Of a stretch of 64,000 nt of DNA, positions 12,844 through 25,329 are shown one piece after another. The DNA is from Cycas panzhihuaensis (taxonomy: Eukaryota; Plantae; Cycadophyta). Within the stretch, counting starts at the first letter, position 1, and each line of letters opens with the position of its first letter. Both the position numbers and the translations under genes were made by a program. Below the pieces are notes generated by a model. It saw only the letters and a list, made by a program, of their open reading frames with translations. It searched no databases and was not told the origin of the DNA. The DNA lies in assembly GCA_023213395.1 (NCBI GenBank), contig CM041465.1, forward strand, positions 1-64,000, in the 5' to 3' direction.

Positions 12844-15800
12844 CGAATCGAGGCAACAAGGTCAATCTGGATCGTGGGCAAGAAGGCCACCGCCACTTAC
12901 AATACCCCGTCACAGATTTAAGTCGCTCGCAAATGATTCTTCTCGACGCATCGCTTGTAATTGAATTTTGAAGTCGCCCTACCGACGCATTCTCACGGCC
13001 GAGATCGCCAGCTGGCACGCCCTCGAACGCCGCGGCGCCCTACTACGTGTCGTTGAACAATCGAAGAGGACGGCGCCGCCTAGCGTGGATTCTCGACTTA
13101 GAGGCGCTCACCATAATCCGACACACTGAGCTTCGCGCCAATCGCTTTTCAACCAAGCCGGCGACCAATCGCGTGAATCAACCGCCCTCCTCGCATCAAG
13201 TTGAATTACTATCGCGACGCCGACTCATCAAGAGGGTAAAACTAACTCGCCTCACGGCGCCTAAACCCACCACGCTCCCTATCGTGGGTGAACAATCCAA
13301 CACTTGGTGAATTTCGCTTCACAATGATAGAAGAGCCACATCAAGGATCAAAAAGCAACGCCGCTTATGAACGCTCGCCACAAGCCGCTTATCCTCGCGG
13401 TAACTTTTCGACACCTCTAGCCTCAAATTCAAAATCTAAAGGATCGATAGGCCACGCTTACTCGCTTGTATTCATATCGAAAATCAAAATCAAATGAGCT
13501 TTTACCCTTTTGTTCCACACGAGATTGCTCGCTGAGCTCATCTTAGGACACCGCTAAGTATCTTTAATGTATGTGTCGCCCCCCAAACTCCCCACTGACA
13601 ATGTCTTCCGCCTTGACGACACGACCGCACACGCCTTATACCAAAAACAGGCAATGCCCTCGCCCGCCTCACTAATAAGTAAAATAACATTAAAAGTAGT
13701 GGTATTTCACTTGCTTCAAAACGCTCCCACTTATTCTACACCTCTCAAGTCATTTCACAAAGCCTGACCAGAGTCAAGCTCAACAGTGGTCTTCTTTCCT
13801 CACGATTCCTCGCCAAGCCCGCTCCCTTATCGTGGTTTCGCTAGATAGTAGATAGGACAAGGGAATCTCGTTAATCCATTCACAGGCCACTAATTAGATG
13901 ACGCAGGCATTTGGCTACCTTAAGAGAGTCATACATTCCCGGCCGCTTACCCGCCGCTAGTTGAATTTCTTCACTTTGACATTCAAAGCAATCGGGCGTA
14001 AATCACATCATCAAGATCCGGCCGACCATCGCAATGCTTTGTTTTAATTAAACAGTGCCTCATTCCCTTGTCCGCACTAGCTCGAGTCGACTGCTCACGC
14101 CTAGGAAAGCCCCCGCAAGGGACATTCATACCGGCCACCCGATCGACACGCACCGCCCGCCTCGCCACGATAGCAAAGTGTACTCACCGACAAATTAACA
14201 AGCTCGAGGCACGCACTCCCCAGGCCCAACCTCAAAGCCAATCCTTTTCCCGGTTACAACCATTTTGCCGACTTCCCTTACCTACATCGTTTCCATCGAC
14301 TGCAGGTCGCCACCTGGAGACCGATGCGTTATGAGTACGACCGCGCAATCCGCATTTTGGCCCTCCGGATTAAGGGTCACGGAGGCGAATCGACACCGCA
14401 GACGGCGATGCTCTTCCACTACTGACCCTATCTCCTGATGAACCGATTTCGTGGTGGGCAGTCATTAAAAAGAAAAGATAACTCTTCCCGGCCCCCACCT
14501 TCTCCGCCGCTGGAGAATATTAACCCGATTCCTCGATGTACACGCAAAGTGCGCCTTCACATGTGGCTTCCCCATCTCTCGTGATCGACTAACCCATGTC
14601 CAAGTGCCGTCACATGGAACCTTTCCCACTTCGCCTTTCAAAGTTCTCATTTGAATATTTGCTACTACCACCAAGATCTCGCACCGGGCCGCCCGCCTGC
14701 ATCAAGGCCGAGGTTTCTCAACGACCCTCGGCCCCTCCTACTCACCGAGGCCAAGAACTTGCCCCTACGACCGAGTATAGGTCCCAAGGCTTCAGCCATC
14801 CATTTTGGCTAGTTGATTCTGCAGTGAGTTGTTACACACCTTAGCTGATTTCACTTCCATGACCACCGCCCCGCTGCCTTAATCAACCAACACCCTTTGT
14901 GGATCCGGGTTAGCACGCATTCCAAGACCGTAAATCCTCGACTTTCTGCTCATCCCGCATCGCGGCTCGCTTACCAAAATGGCCCACTTAGAGTTCCCGA
15001 TTCTACACGGCCAACAGAGCACCGCACTGCCTTACCTATTTAAAGTTTGAGAATAGGTCGAGGCATTACGCCCGATGCCTCTAATCATTTGCTTTACCCG
15101 ATAAAACTCGCACCCGAGCTCCGCCTATCCCGAGGGAAACTTCGAGGAAACCAACTTACTAGATGGTTCGATTAGTCTTTCGCCTTACACCCAAGTCGAT
15201 TTAACGATTTGCAGACGCCAAGATCGCCACGGCCTCCACCGTAGTTTCCTCCGCTTCACCGCCTGCATAGTTCACCATCTTTCGTCCCACAGTATGCTCG
15301 CACTCAACCCTTCACGTAAGATCGGGTGGTTTGGCGGCACGCCCGAGGGGCATCTCGCCACGCCTTCCTTGCGCCTAACGCAAGCTCAACCCGCTGACCG
15401 CACACATGTCGACTGTCCGTGTTTCAAGACGCCGATGGAAAGTCACACCAACGCCACAAGCGCCAGGTGCTCGGGGCCGCCGCAGAGGCGCTGCTTCTCC
15501 TGGGCGACCGACGCAACGACGAAACTCCCCGCAGCCTCCAAGGCGCTTTTGTCACCACGACACCGATGGTCCACACCCGAGCCGAGCTGCAGACCGGGGT
15601 CACCGCTCGCATCCGACCGAGCGCATCACCAACCTCCATCCACTTCCTCCTGCAATTTCAAGCACTCTTTAACTCTCTTTCAAAGTCCTTTTCATCTTTC
15701 CTCGCAGATTTGTTCGCCATCGGCCCCTCGCCCATATTTAGCCTCGATGTAATTTACCACCCGATTAGGGTCAGATTCCCAAACAACCCGACTCGCAGAC

Positions 15801-15946
15801 AACGCCGTGATGCAACAGGTCCGAACCCGACGGGCTCACCTTTCTGCGCCCTTCCAGGGACTTGGGCCCGCCCATCAAGACGCTTCTAAAGATTGACGAC
15901 AACCGCCGCCCGATTTTCATGCCGACTCTTCCTTCGCCGCTACTAG

Positions 15947-15977
<31 letters not shown>

Positions 15978-16020
15978 AGTGATATGCTTAAACTCACGGG
16001 TGCTCGCCCGACCGGGTCGC
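12844..16020 (-). rRNA. 26S rRNA: 26S (25S/28S) large-subunit rRNA gene
   Basis: Reverse complements of universal LSU motifs: gccacttacaataccccgtc (3' end), gggtgaacaatccaacacttggtgaatt, ttggctaccttaagagagtcata, tcctccgctagtgatatgcttaaactc (5' end). About 200 bp shorter than a typical plant gene because of scattered small deletions. Confidence 0.97.
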
Positions 16021-16241
16021 GGACGGATGGAGGAACTCCTACCAAGCCCAGGCCTCCCGAGTAATCAAGTCGAGGGGCCTTCCCGCGTCGCACTTACGGT
16101 GCCAGATCGACGGCCAAGACGATCAACCACCGCCGCCGATGCCCAACAACGGAGCCCAATCCGTAAGCTGACGGCGTCACAAGGGACACGACAGCCAGCC
16201 TCCACCGCCTGCGACGCAGCAATGGGGCGATTCGATTGTGT
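16021..16241 (-). other. ITS2
   Basis: Lies between the 26S 5' end and the 5.8S 3' end. Confidence 0.85.
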
Positions 16242-16389
16242 GTGACACTCAGCAGACGTGTCTCGCTCAAGCCTCCAGCGCAACTTGCATTCAAAGACCG
16301 ATGACTCACGGATTCTCGCAATTCACACTATCACATTTCGCCACGCTCTTCATCGTGGCGAGGGCCGAGATATCCGCTGTCGAGTCGCA
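16242..16389 (-). rRNA. 5.8S rRNA: 5.8S rRNA gene
   Basis: gcgcaacttgcattcaaaga, gattctcgcaattcacac and ctcttcatcgtggcgagggccgagatatccg are reverse complements of the 5.8S core. Confidence 0.93.
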
Positions 16390-17009
16390 TTTCCAAATAC
16401 GCCGCACGCCCCCGCAACACCGGATCGAGGGTCCGCAAGAACTCGAGTCCTCGGTGCGCCGGCACCGTGCTTTTGGTTTGTTGGCCCACCGCCCAACGAC
16501 GCCCGCCGCAACGAGACAACCCCGCCTCCCCGAGGACGCGCCCACATCGACTCTGAGTCATGGCGGGGAGAGTCGCGAAACCGCTGCAGGGACAAGACAT
16601 GAGAGAAGGGCCCTGCTATACCCAACACGATCGGTCAGCCCATGGCACGCCCCGCCTCCCCAAGCACACTCGTGACCGGGGCCCCGCAAGTTACTCTGAG
16701 GGGGTCTCACCTCTCGACGAACCTAGTGGGATAGATGCTACAAGACGCAGCCACCATCCCGCCCGGCCTCCCTGCCACGATCTATATATCCTCGAGCGTG
16801 GAAGCGAGACGGGCGACGGCAGAGTCCGACATCCCAACATCCCCTCTTCGCGAGGGAACGGCACGGCCATTCCAGCCCTCCCGCACTGGATCGCACGCAA
16901 TGAGTAGAGCCGCCTAGAGAAACGATGAGGAGGATGATGCCTTCAAGGCCCTAATCCATCACGCCCCCACCCAAAAGTTCGCCGTTGTCTATGGTGTCCG
17001 GAGACCGGT
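16390..17009 (-). other. ITS1 (about 620 bp, long)
   Basis: Lies between 5.8S and the 18S 3' end (taatgatccttccgcag at 17010). Confidence 0.85.
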
Positions 17010-17025
17010 TAATGATCCTTCCGCA

Positions 17026-17069
<44 letters not shown>

Positions 17070-17245
17070 AATAAGGTTCAATGAACTTCGCGACGCACAA
17101 GAAAAGAACCGCCGTCACGCCGCGATCCTAACACTTCACCAGATCATTCAATCCAGGAGCGACCAAGGTGTACAAAGGGCGTGGACGAGTCAACGCGTGT
17201 TGATGACTCGCGCTACTAGGAATTCTCGCTGAAGATCAATAATTA

Positions 17246-17276
<31 letters not shown>

Positions 17277-17641
17277 CACAGACACCCCCAACCTCTCGCC
17301 AAGGTTATAGACTCGCTGAATACATCGCTAACATCTAAGGGCATCATGCACTGCTATTGCCTCAAACTTCCATGGCCCGAATGGCCATAGTCCTCTAAGA
17401 AGTCGGGCCGAAGGAAACCCTAGCTAGTTAGCAGGCCGAGGTCTCGCTCATAACCAATTAACACAAATCGCCCACCAACTAAGAACCCATGCACCACCAC
17501 CCATAGAATCAAGAAAGAGCTCTCAATCATCAATCCTTACTATGTCCGGACCGTAAGTTTCCGTGTTGAGTCAAATTGTCACAGTGCTCCACTCGGTGGT
17601 GCCCTTCCACAATTCCTTTAAGTTTCAAAACCATACTCCCC

Positions 17642-17674
<33 letters not shown>

Positions 17675-17775
17675 TATGAGTCCTTAGAGTAACATCCACC
17701 ATCCCTAGTCAAGATCGCTTATGGTTGAGACTAGGATGATATATCCGATCGCCTTCGAGCCCCCAACTTTCATTC

Positions 17776-17812
<37 letters not shown>

Positions 17813-18707
17813 GGTTCGCCTTTCATAAATCCAAGAATTTCACCTCCGACAATGAAATACGAATGCCCCGATCGTCCCTATTAATCATTACTCCTCCCGG
17901 CCAACGAATAGACCGTAATCCTATCGTGTTATTCCATGCTAATGTATTCGAGCGAGGCTTGCCTTGAGCACTCTAATTTTTCAAAGTAACAACGCTGAGC
18001 CGCAACCCGTGCAACTAAGTCCGTGAACGCGCCACGACAAAAAGGACGAAACGATCGATGCACACCGAAAGGCGCATCGGCCGCCGCCCCAAGATCCAAC
18101 TACGAGCTTTTTAACCGCAACAACTTAAATATACGCTATTGAGTCGAATTACCGCTACCGGGCACCGACTTGCCCTCCAATGGATCCTCGTTAAGGGATT
18201 TAAATTGTACTATTCCAATTACTGCACTGATGAGCCCAAGATTGTTATTTATTGTCACTACCTCCCCGTGTCGATTGGGTAATTTGGCCTACCGCCTTCC
18301 TCGATGTGGTAGCCGCTTCTCGTGCTCCCTCCTAATCGAACCCCACCTCCATCACCCGTCACCACCATGGTAGGCCTCATCCTACCATCGAAAGTTGATA
18401 GGCGTAATTTGAATGAAGCGTCACAAGACTAGGGCCATGCGATCCGTCGAGTTATCATGAATCACCGACACACCGACGAGAGCCCGTGATCGCCTTTTAT
18501 CTAATAAATGCGCCCTTCCAAAAGTCGGATTTGGTACACGATTAGCTCTAGAATTACTACTGCTATCCGAGTAACAGGAATACCATCAAATAAACTATAA
18601 TCGATTTAATGAGCCATTCGCAGCTTCACAACCGACATAGTTCATACCAACACATGCATGGCTTAATCTTTGAGACAAGCATATGACTACCGGCAGGATC
18701 AACCGTA
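17010..18707 (-). rRNA. 18S rRNA: 18S small-subunit rRNA gene
   Basis: taatgatccttccgcag..cacctacggaaaccttgttacgactt (3' end); gcatggcttaatctttgagacaagcatatgactac..gcaggatcaacc (5' end). Confidence 0.97.
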
Positions 18708-19690
18708 GCATCCATCAATGCTGTGCATCCGCTTGAGCGGCCTATTCAAATGGACGATCGCAGTAATAATGACAAAGACAAAGGGTCAATCCGCTGCCGG
18801 ACCTCCTCACCGTTGTCTCGCCTGCAACAAGCGATGCACAACACCAAGCGAAACCGTATTTGTAACCCAAACAAGAAAAACCCATCCAAAATCCACCAAC
18901 GACAAAAATGCAGAAGGAAAAAGTAAAAGAAAACGCAATAAAGAGAAGAACAGATGGGACAGCCTGCCTCGCACCGACGCCGTAAACAGACAGGCATGGA
19001 AAACAAATGCGACCAGCAATGAGAGCACAAGTAAAGAAAAACGCGATAAAAATTGTGGGCAAGAAAGCGAATAAACCCAAAGTGCGCTTCTTAAAACGAG
19101 TGGGGGAGGGGTGGAGACTACATAGCAAATGCAACTGTGAGGAAGGACCGTGGTCCGGACAAAGAAATGCGGATCTGACGAACGCAGAACCACCGTGAAA
19201 GGGGCCCGGCCTGGGCACTCGAATCAACAGAGACATCATGCTGCATCAACATTCAAACACGACCCGGGAACAAGCATAATTTGGAGATCAAGAGGGGCAA
19301 GGGGAAGGAATATAAGAATGAAACAGGCCAACGACGGGGGGACCGCGTACAAGTACTCAAACTGAAACCACAACGACATCACCATGCCCACCCACCCCCC
19401 AAAAAGTGAAAGCTCCCGCGCAAAACACCCTCCATGCACACAACACACACAAGGGAGTGACCACGAGGGGAAAAACCGAACGCACCACCATGCAAACGGG
19501 AGAGATCAATCCCCCCTACGAAACGGGTATTATTATAAAACTAGCAGCAACGACTAAAGCCACACCCACAAGGCCACGGGGGAGGGAACCCACACATGGG
19601 GGACTTCGACCGTGCAACCCAATAGGGATCAGACAGGCAAGAGAAGAGGGGAGCAAGACAGATGCCGACTTTCGATGCACGGCCAGGAGA
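18708..19690 (-). other. 5' ETS, unique part
   Basis: Immediately upstream of 18S on the minus strand; homologous to 1-860 and 54262-55040. Confidence 0.85.
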
Positions 19691-20960
19691 CGCCAAACAA
19701 CTGGAAAATTTAGGAGAGGAGCGAGCATATAGACAACAGAGGGAAACGATCGGAGTGGCGACGCCGCCTTTTTTTCACTTGACACCCCGGGAGGAGTATC
19801 CCGACGAGGCCCTTTACCCTACACAAACCGACCGCCTCCAATCGCGACCAACAACAAGTCCGGACGGCACGCCCTGCACGCGAAGTTCCTCTATAAACGA
19901 CGCTGGGTGAACGCTTACTTAAACACCTTCGCACGTATCCGTGTCCGCGCTAACCGCCCGAACCGGCCTCGATCGCATAGCAAAATGAGCGTTAGGCTCG
20001 CACCACCGAAATCTACGAGGAGCAAGCATACAGAGAGGAGAGAGGGAACGACGGAGCGGGCAGACGCCGCCTTTTCGCTCACGGACACCGGGAGGAGTAT
20101 CCCAGACGAGGCCCTTTACCCTACACAAATTTCAAGGCCGCCCAATCGCTGACCAACAATAAGTCCGGACGGCACGCCCCATGCACGCGAAGTTCCTCTA
20201 TAAACGACGCTGGCTAACGCTATTTAAACACCCTTCGCACGTATCCGTGTCCGGCCAACCGCCCGAACCTACGGCCTCGATCGCATAGCAAAATAAGCGT
20301 TAAGCTCCGCACCACTGGGAAATCTACGAGGAGCAAGCATACAGAGAGGAGAGAGGGAACGACGGAGGGGCAGACGCTTTTTCACTCACGACACCGGGAG
20401 GAGTATCCCGTGACGAGGCCCTTTACCCTACACATACGGCCGCCCAATCAAGGCGACCAACAACAAGTCCGGACGGCACGCCCCGCACGCGAAGTTCCTC
20501 TATAAACGACGCTTGGGTAACGCTTATTTAAACACCCTTCGCACGTATCCGTCTGCTAACCGCCCAACCTACGGCCTCGATCGCCGCATAGCAAAATAAG
20601 CGCTAGGCTCCGCACCACCGAAATCTACCAGGAGCAAGCATACAGAGAGGAGAGAGGGAACGACGAGCGGGCAGACGCCGCCTTTTCGCCACGGACACCC
20701 GGGAGGAGTATCCCAGACGAGGCCCTTTACCCTACATACCGGCGCCGCCCAATCGCGCGACCAACATCAAGTCCGGACGGCACGCCCTGCACGCGAAGTT
20801 CCTCTATAAACGACGCTGGGCTTAACGCTATTTAAACACCCTTCGCACGTATCCGTGTCCGCGCCAACTGCCCGAACCGGCCGGTCTCGATCGCATAGCA
20901 GAAATAAGCGTAAGGCTCCGCACCACTGGGAAATCTATGAGGAGCGAGCATACATAGACG
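19690..20960. repeat. Subrepeat family A (about 305 bp), 4 copies
   Basis: aagttcctctataaacgacgc at about 19883, 20190, 20492 and 20796. Confidence 0.9.
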
Positions 20961-21769
20961 AGAGAGGCAACAAACCACCAACAATCGAGCACCATACCGA
21001 GACCACAAAGAGAACCAAGCATCGGGGGTGGGGGGCATGCAACAACAGACAACTAGAACGGGACTCGAATAAGGCATTATACCGGCCTCAAAAAAACCAT
21101 TCCATCAGTCGATAACCATGCGATGAAGAGCAATAAGAGAGGCACAACAATTATGACAGGATGAGATTTGACTCGCAATAACCGCATTGTGAGCAAGTTT
21201 AACGTGGAAAAGAGGATACACAGAGAGGAACCAATTCGTGACTTCAAATAAATGGAAAGATGATAATCTTTACAATCGACAAAGGTCACAAAGACTCGCA
21301 AAACACAAAAGTGTCGTGACAAAAGATGTCATGGAAAATCCATCCTTAAGGGGCTGCAACGCAAAACAGAGGCGAAAGGGGAAGCGAACAAAGTACTCAA
21401 ATCAAACAAAGAGAGCATCGAGAGCTTGAGGAGGCGTAACAACCGCAAAATAGAGAAACCCATCCGACAAACATGTGCACAAAATTGCTTTATCATCCAC
21501 CTCAAGCGCCAACAAAAATCCCGAGGTGGAGTAAACCGCAACCACTTACAAGCGTAGACTAAGATACATTTATGGTCAACCCACCATTATCCGAATTTGA
21601 GGCAACCTCCCCGATCGCTGTCGCAACGGACCGAGCTCGCAACTCGAGGGACATGCTTCACCGCATTCAACACCCGGTATATGGACGTAAACGCGCATTC
21701 AAACACGTATCTAGGCAACCGAGGCAATGGTAAGGCTTGCAATGTAACAAAGGGGAGGACACGCCCACC

Positions 21770-24700
21770 GATTTGCTCGACCGCAACGCCTAACGCACCT
21801 CACGCGCCACGACATGGACCGAAATCGCAACACGCCGACCGACCCAATGAAGCCCGAGGCCAATGCTCGGCGACCCGACATGAAGCACAAAGAAACGGGC
21901 CACGCCGCGCGTAATTGAACCCAAAGAAACACGAAATAAGGGTCCGCCGCTGCAGGCCGACGCCCCACCGCCCGCCACTTGATAAGTCACCGCGCCATGA
22001 ATCGGGTCAACAATAATACGGACGGTCTCGTCGAAGGTGCCACCCCATCGACCGAAAGAAAATGCACAACACGCCTACCGACCCAGCAAAGGCCCAAGGC
22101 CAAGGCCGAGAGGATCCCACCATGAAATACAAAGGAACAACCATGTTTTGCACGTAATCGAGCCAGAGGATCAAGTAACAAGGGTCCGGCCCACCGAAAG
22201 GTAGGCCTACGATCCTCTCCTAAAGACAAGGAAAATTCACCACCGCCACGAGCCACGCCGCATTAATCGGGCAGAGGACTTCACGTAAAGGGTCCGCCGC
22301 CGCACTGTGCCAATGCTCGGCGACCCGACATGAAGCACAAAGGAATGGCCACGCTTGCACGTAATTCCGCCAGAGGAATCATGTAATAAGGGTCTGCCTC
22401 GCCGCAAGGCCAACGCCTCCCCGCCGCCAATTGATAAATCACCGCCGCCATGAGCCGTCATAACACGGACGATCTTTTGATCAAGGTGCCACCATGCGCT
22501 ACAAAGATGGACCGAAAACGCCGCAACACGCCGACCGACCTAACAAGGGCCCAAGGCCAATACAATGCTTGAGGACCCGACATGAAATGCAAAGGAACGC
22601 CATGTTTCGCACGTAATCGAGCTGCATTTACTCACTAATAAAGGGTCCGGCCCACCGAGGGTCCGCCACCGCCGCCCCGTGCGAATGATCAAGGAGCAAA
22701 CATGAAGCACAAGGAACGAACACGATTCGCGCTCATCGCACCAAAGCAACCACTAATAAGGGTCTGTCCGCCGCGAGGGCCAACACTCCCCCCGCCGCCA
22801 AAGATAAATCACCGCCGCCAGTCGCCAAAAATAATACGGACGCCCTTTATCGAAGGTGCCACTCATGGGCGCTACAAAGATGGACCGAACACGCAACTCG
22901 TCGACCGACGCAACAAAGGCCCAAGGCCAATGCTCTGAGGGACCCACATCAAGCGCAGAGGAACGAGGCCATGTTTGGCACGTAATTGAGCTGTGAGGAC
23001 TCACGCAATAAGGGTCCGCCCACCGAGCCGCCTAGGGTTCCCCGCTAGACAAAGAAAGATCACCGCCTTCCGTGAGCCGCTTCACGATAATCGCTCAAAC
23101 TTCGCGTAAAAGGGTCTCCCCGCCTTCCCTGTGCCAATGCTCAGAAGAACCGAACATGAAGCACAAGGAAATGGCCACGATTCGCGCCTTTATTGAACCA
23201 AAGCAACCACAAAATAAGGGTCTGCTCGCTGCAGGGACAACGCCCCTACCTACCAATCGATAAATCGCCGCCGCCATGAGTCGCCAATAATAATACGGAC
23301 GCCTTTTATCCAAGGTGCCACCTCATGCGCTACAAAGATGGACCGACACGCAAGTCGCCGACCGACCTAAGAAAGGCGCAAGGCGAATGCTCTGAGGGAC
23401 CCGATCAAGCGCAAAGGAACGCCGCCATGTTTCGCACGTAATTGAGCCGCAGGACTCACGAAATAAGGGTCCGTCCACCGAGCGTGGCCTAGGGTTCCCC
23501 GCCAAAGACAAAGAAAAATCACCGCTTTGAGCCGCTTTAAATAATCGCTCAACGAACTTCACAGAAAGGACCCGCCACCGCCCCTGTGCCAATGCTTAGA
23601 AGAACCGAACATGAAGCACAAGGAACCGCCACGATTCGGCGCTTATCAACCAAAGCAATCACAAAATAAGGGTCCACTCGCCATGCAGTGGACAACGCCC
23701 CCTACCGGCCAATCGATAAATCACCGCCATGAGTCGCCAATAATAACACGGACGATCTCTTTATCGAAGGTGCCATCTCATGCGCTACAGCATGGACCGA
23801 ACACGCGCAACTCGTCGACCGACCTAACAAAGGCCCAAGGCCAATGCTCGGAGGGACCCGATCAAGCGCAGAGGAACGAGGCCATGTTTCACACGCAATT
23901 GAGCCAAGGACTCACTAATAAGGGTCCGCCCACCGAGCGGGCCTAGGGTTCCTCGCCAAGACAAAGAAAGATCACCGCCTCCAGAGCCGCTACATAATCG
24001 CCTGTGGAACTTCAGAAAGGGTCTGCCGCCCCCGTGCCAATGCTCAAGAACCGAACATGAAGCACAAGGAACGGCCATTATTCGCTGCTTATCGAACCAA
24101 AGCAACCACAAAATAAGGGTCCGTCACCGGCAGGACAACGCCCCCACCGACCAATCGATAAATCGCCGCCATGAGTCGCCAATAATAACACGGACGCTCT
24201 TTTATCCGGTGCCACCTCATGCGCTTACAAAGATGGAACCGAACACGCCGCAACTCGCCGACCGACCCAACAAAGGCCCAAGGCCAATGCTCTGAGGGAC
24301 CCGATCAAGCGCAGAGGAACGCGCCATGTTTCACACGCACTGAGCCAGAGGACTCACTAATAAGGGTCCGCCCACCGAGCGGCCTAGGGTCCCCTCGCCA
24401 AAGACAAAGAAAATCACCGCCTTCCATGAGCCGCTTGGCGATAATCGCTCAAACTTCGCAGAAGGCCGCCCGCCGCCCCGTGCCAATGCTCAAGAACCAA
24501 ACATGAAGCACAAGGGATCGGCCACGATTCGTATGCTTATCAACCAAAGCAATCACAAAATAAGGGTCCGCCCACCGCAGTGGACAACGCCCCCACCGCC
24601 AATCGATAAATCACCGCCGCCATGAGTCCGCCAATAACACGGACGTGCTTTTTATCGAGGTGCCACCTCATGTGCTACAAAGATGGACCGAACACGCAAC

Positions 24701-25310
24701 TCGTCGACCGACTCCAACAAAGGCCCAAGGCCAATGCTCGAGGGACCCGATCAGAAGCGCAGCAACGTGCCATGTTTCGCACGTAATTGAGCCAGAGGAC
24801 TCACTTAATAAGGGTCCGCCCACCGAGCGGGCCTAAGGTTCCTCGCCAAAGACAAAAAATCACCGCCTTCTAGAGCCCTTTGGGCATAATCGCTCATCGA
24901 ACCGCAGTAGAGTCCGCCCGCCCCCGTGCCAATGCTCGTAAGAACCAACATGAAGCACAAGGAAACGCCACGATTCGCGATTTATCAACCAAAGCAATCT
25001 CAAAATAAGGGTCTGCTCGCTGCAGGACAACGCCCCTACGGGCCAATCGAGCAATCACCGCCACGAAGCCCGCCAATAATAACACGGACGCTGCCTTTAT
25101 CGAAGGTGCCACCTCATGCGCTACAACATGGACCGAACGCGCGCAACTCGCCGACCGACCTAACAAAGGCCCAAGGCCAATGCTCGAAGGGACCCGACTG
25201 AAGCGCAAAGGAACGCGGCCATGTTTCGCACGTAATTGAGCCAGAGGACTCACGGAATAAGGGTCCGTCCACCGAGCATTGGCCTTGGTTCCCCGCCAAA
25301 GACAAGAAAA
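21770..25310. repeat. Subrepeat family B (about 450 bp), about 8 copies
   Basis: aaggcccaaggccaatgctc-type anchors at about 22550, 22920, 23375, 23830, 24275, 24720 and 25165, plus degenerate leading copies. Confidence 0.9.
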
Positions 25311-25329
25311 ACACCATCTCGCCAGAGCC

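Noticed and set aside
13900-13935. R2-type non-LTR insertion at the conserved 26S target (ttggctaccttaagagag)
   Set aside because: The site is uninterrupted in both full 26S copies (about 13911 and 49382).
20255-20320. tRNA/B-box-like GGTTCG on the minus strand of repeat A
   Set aside because: It lacks the GTTCGANNC completion, an A-box and a cloverleaf.
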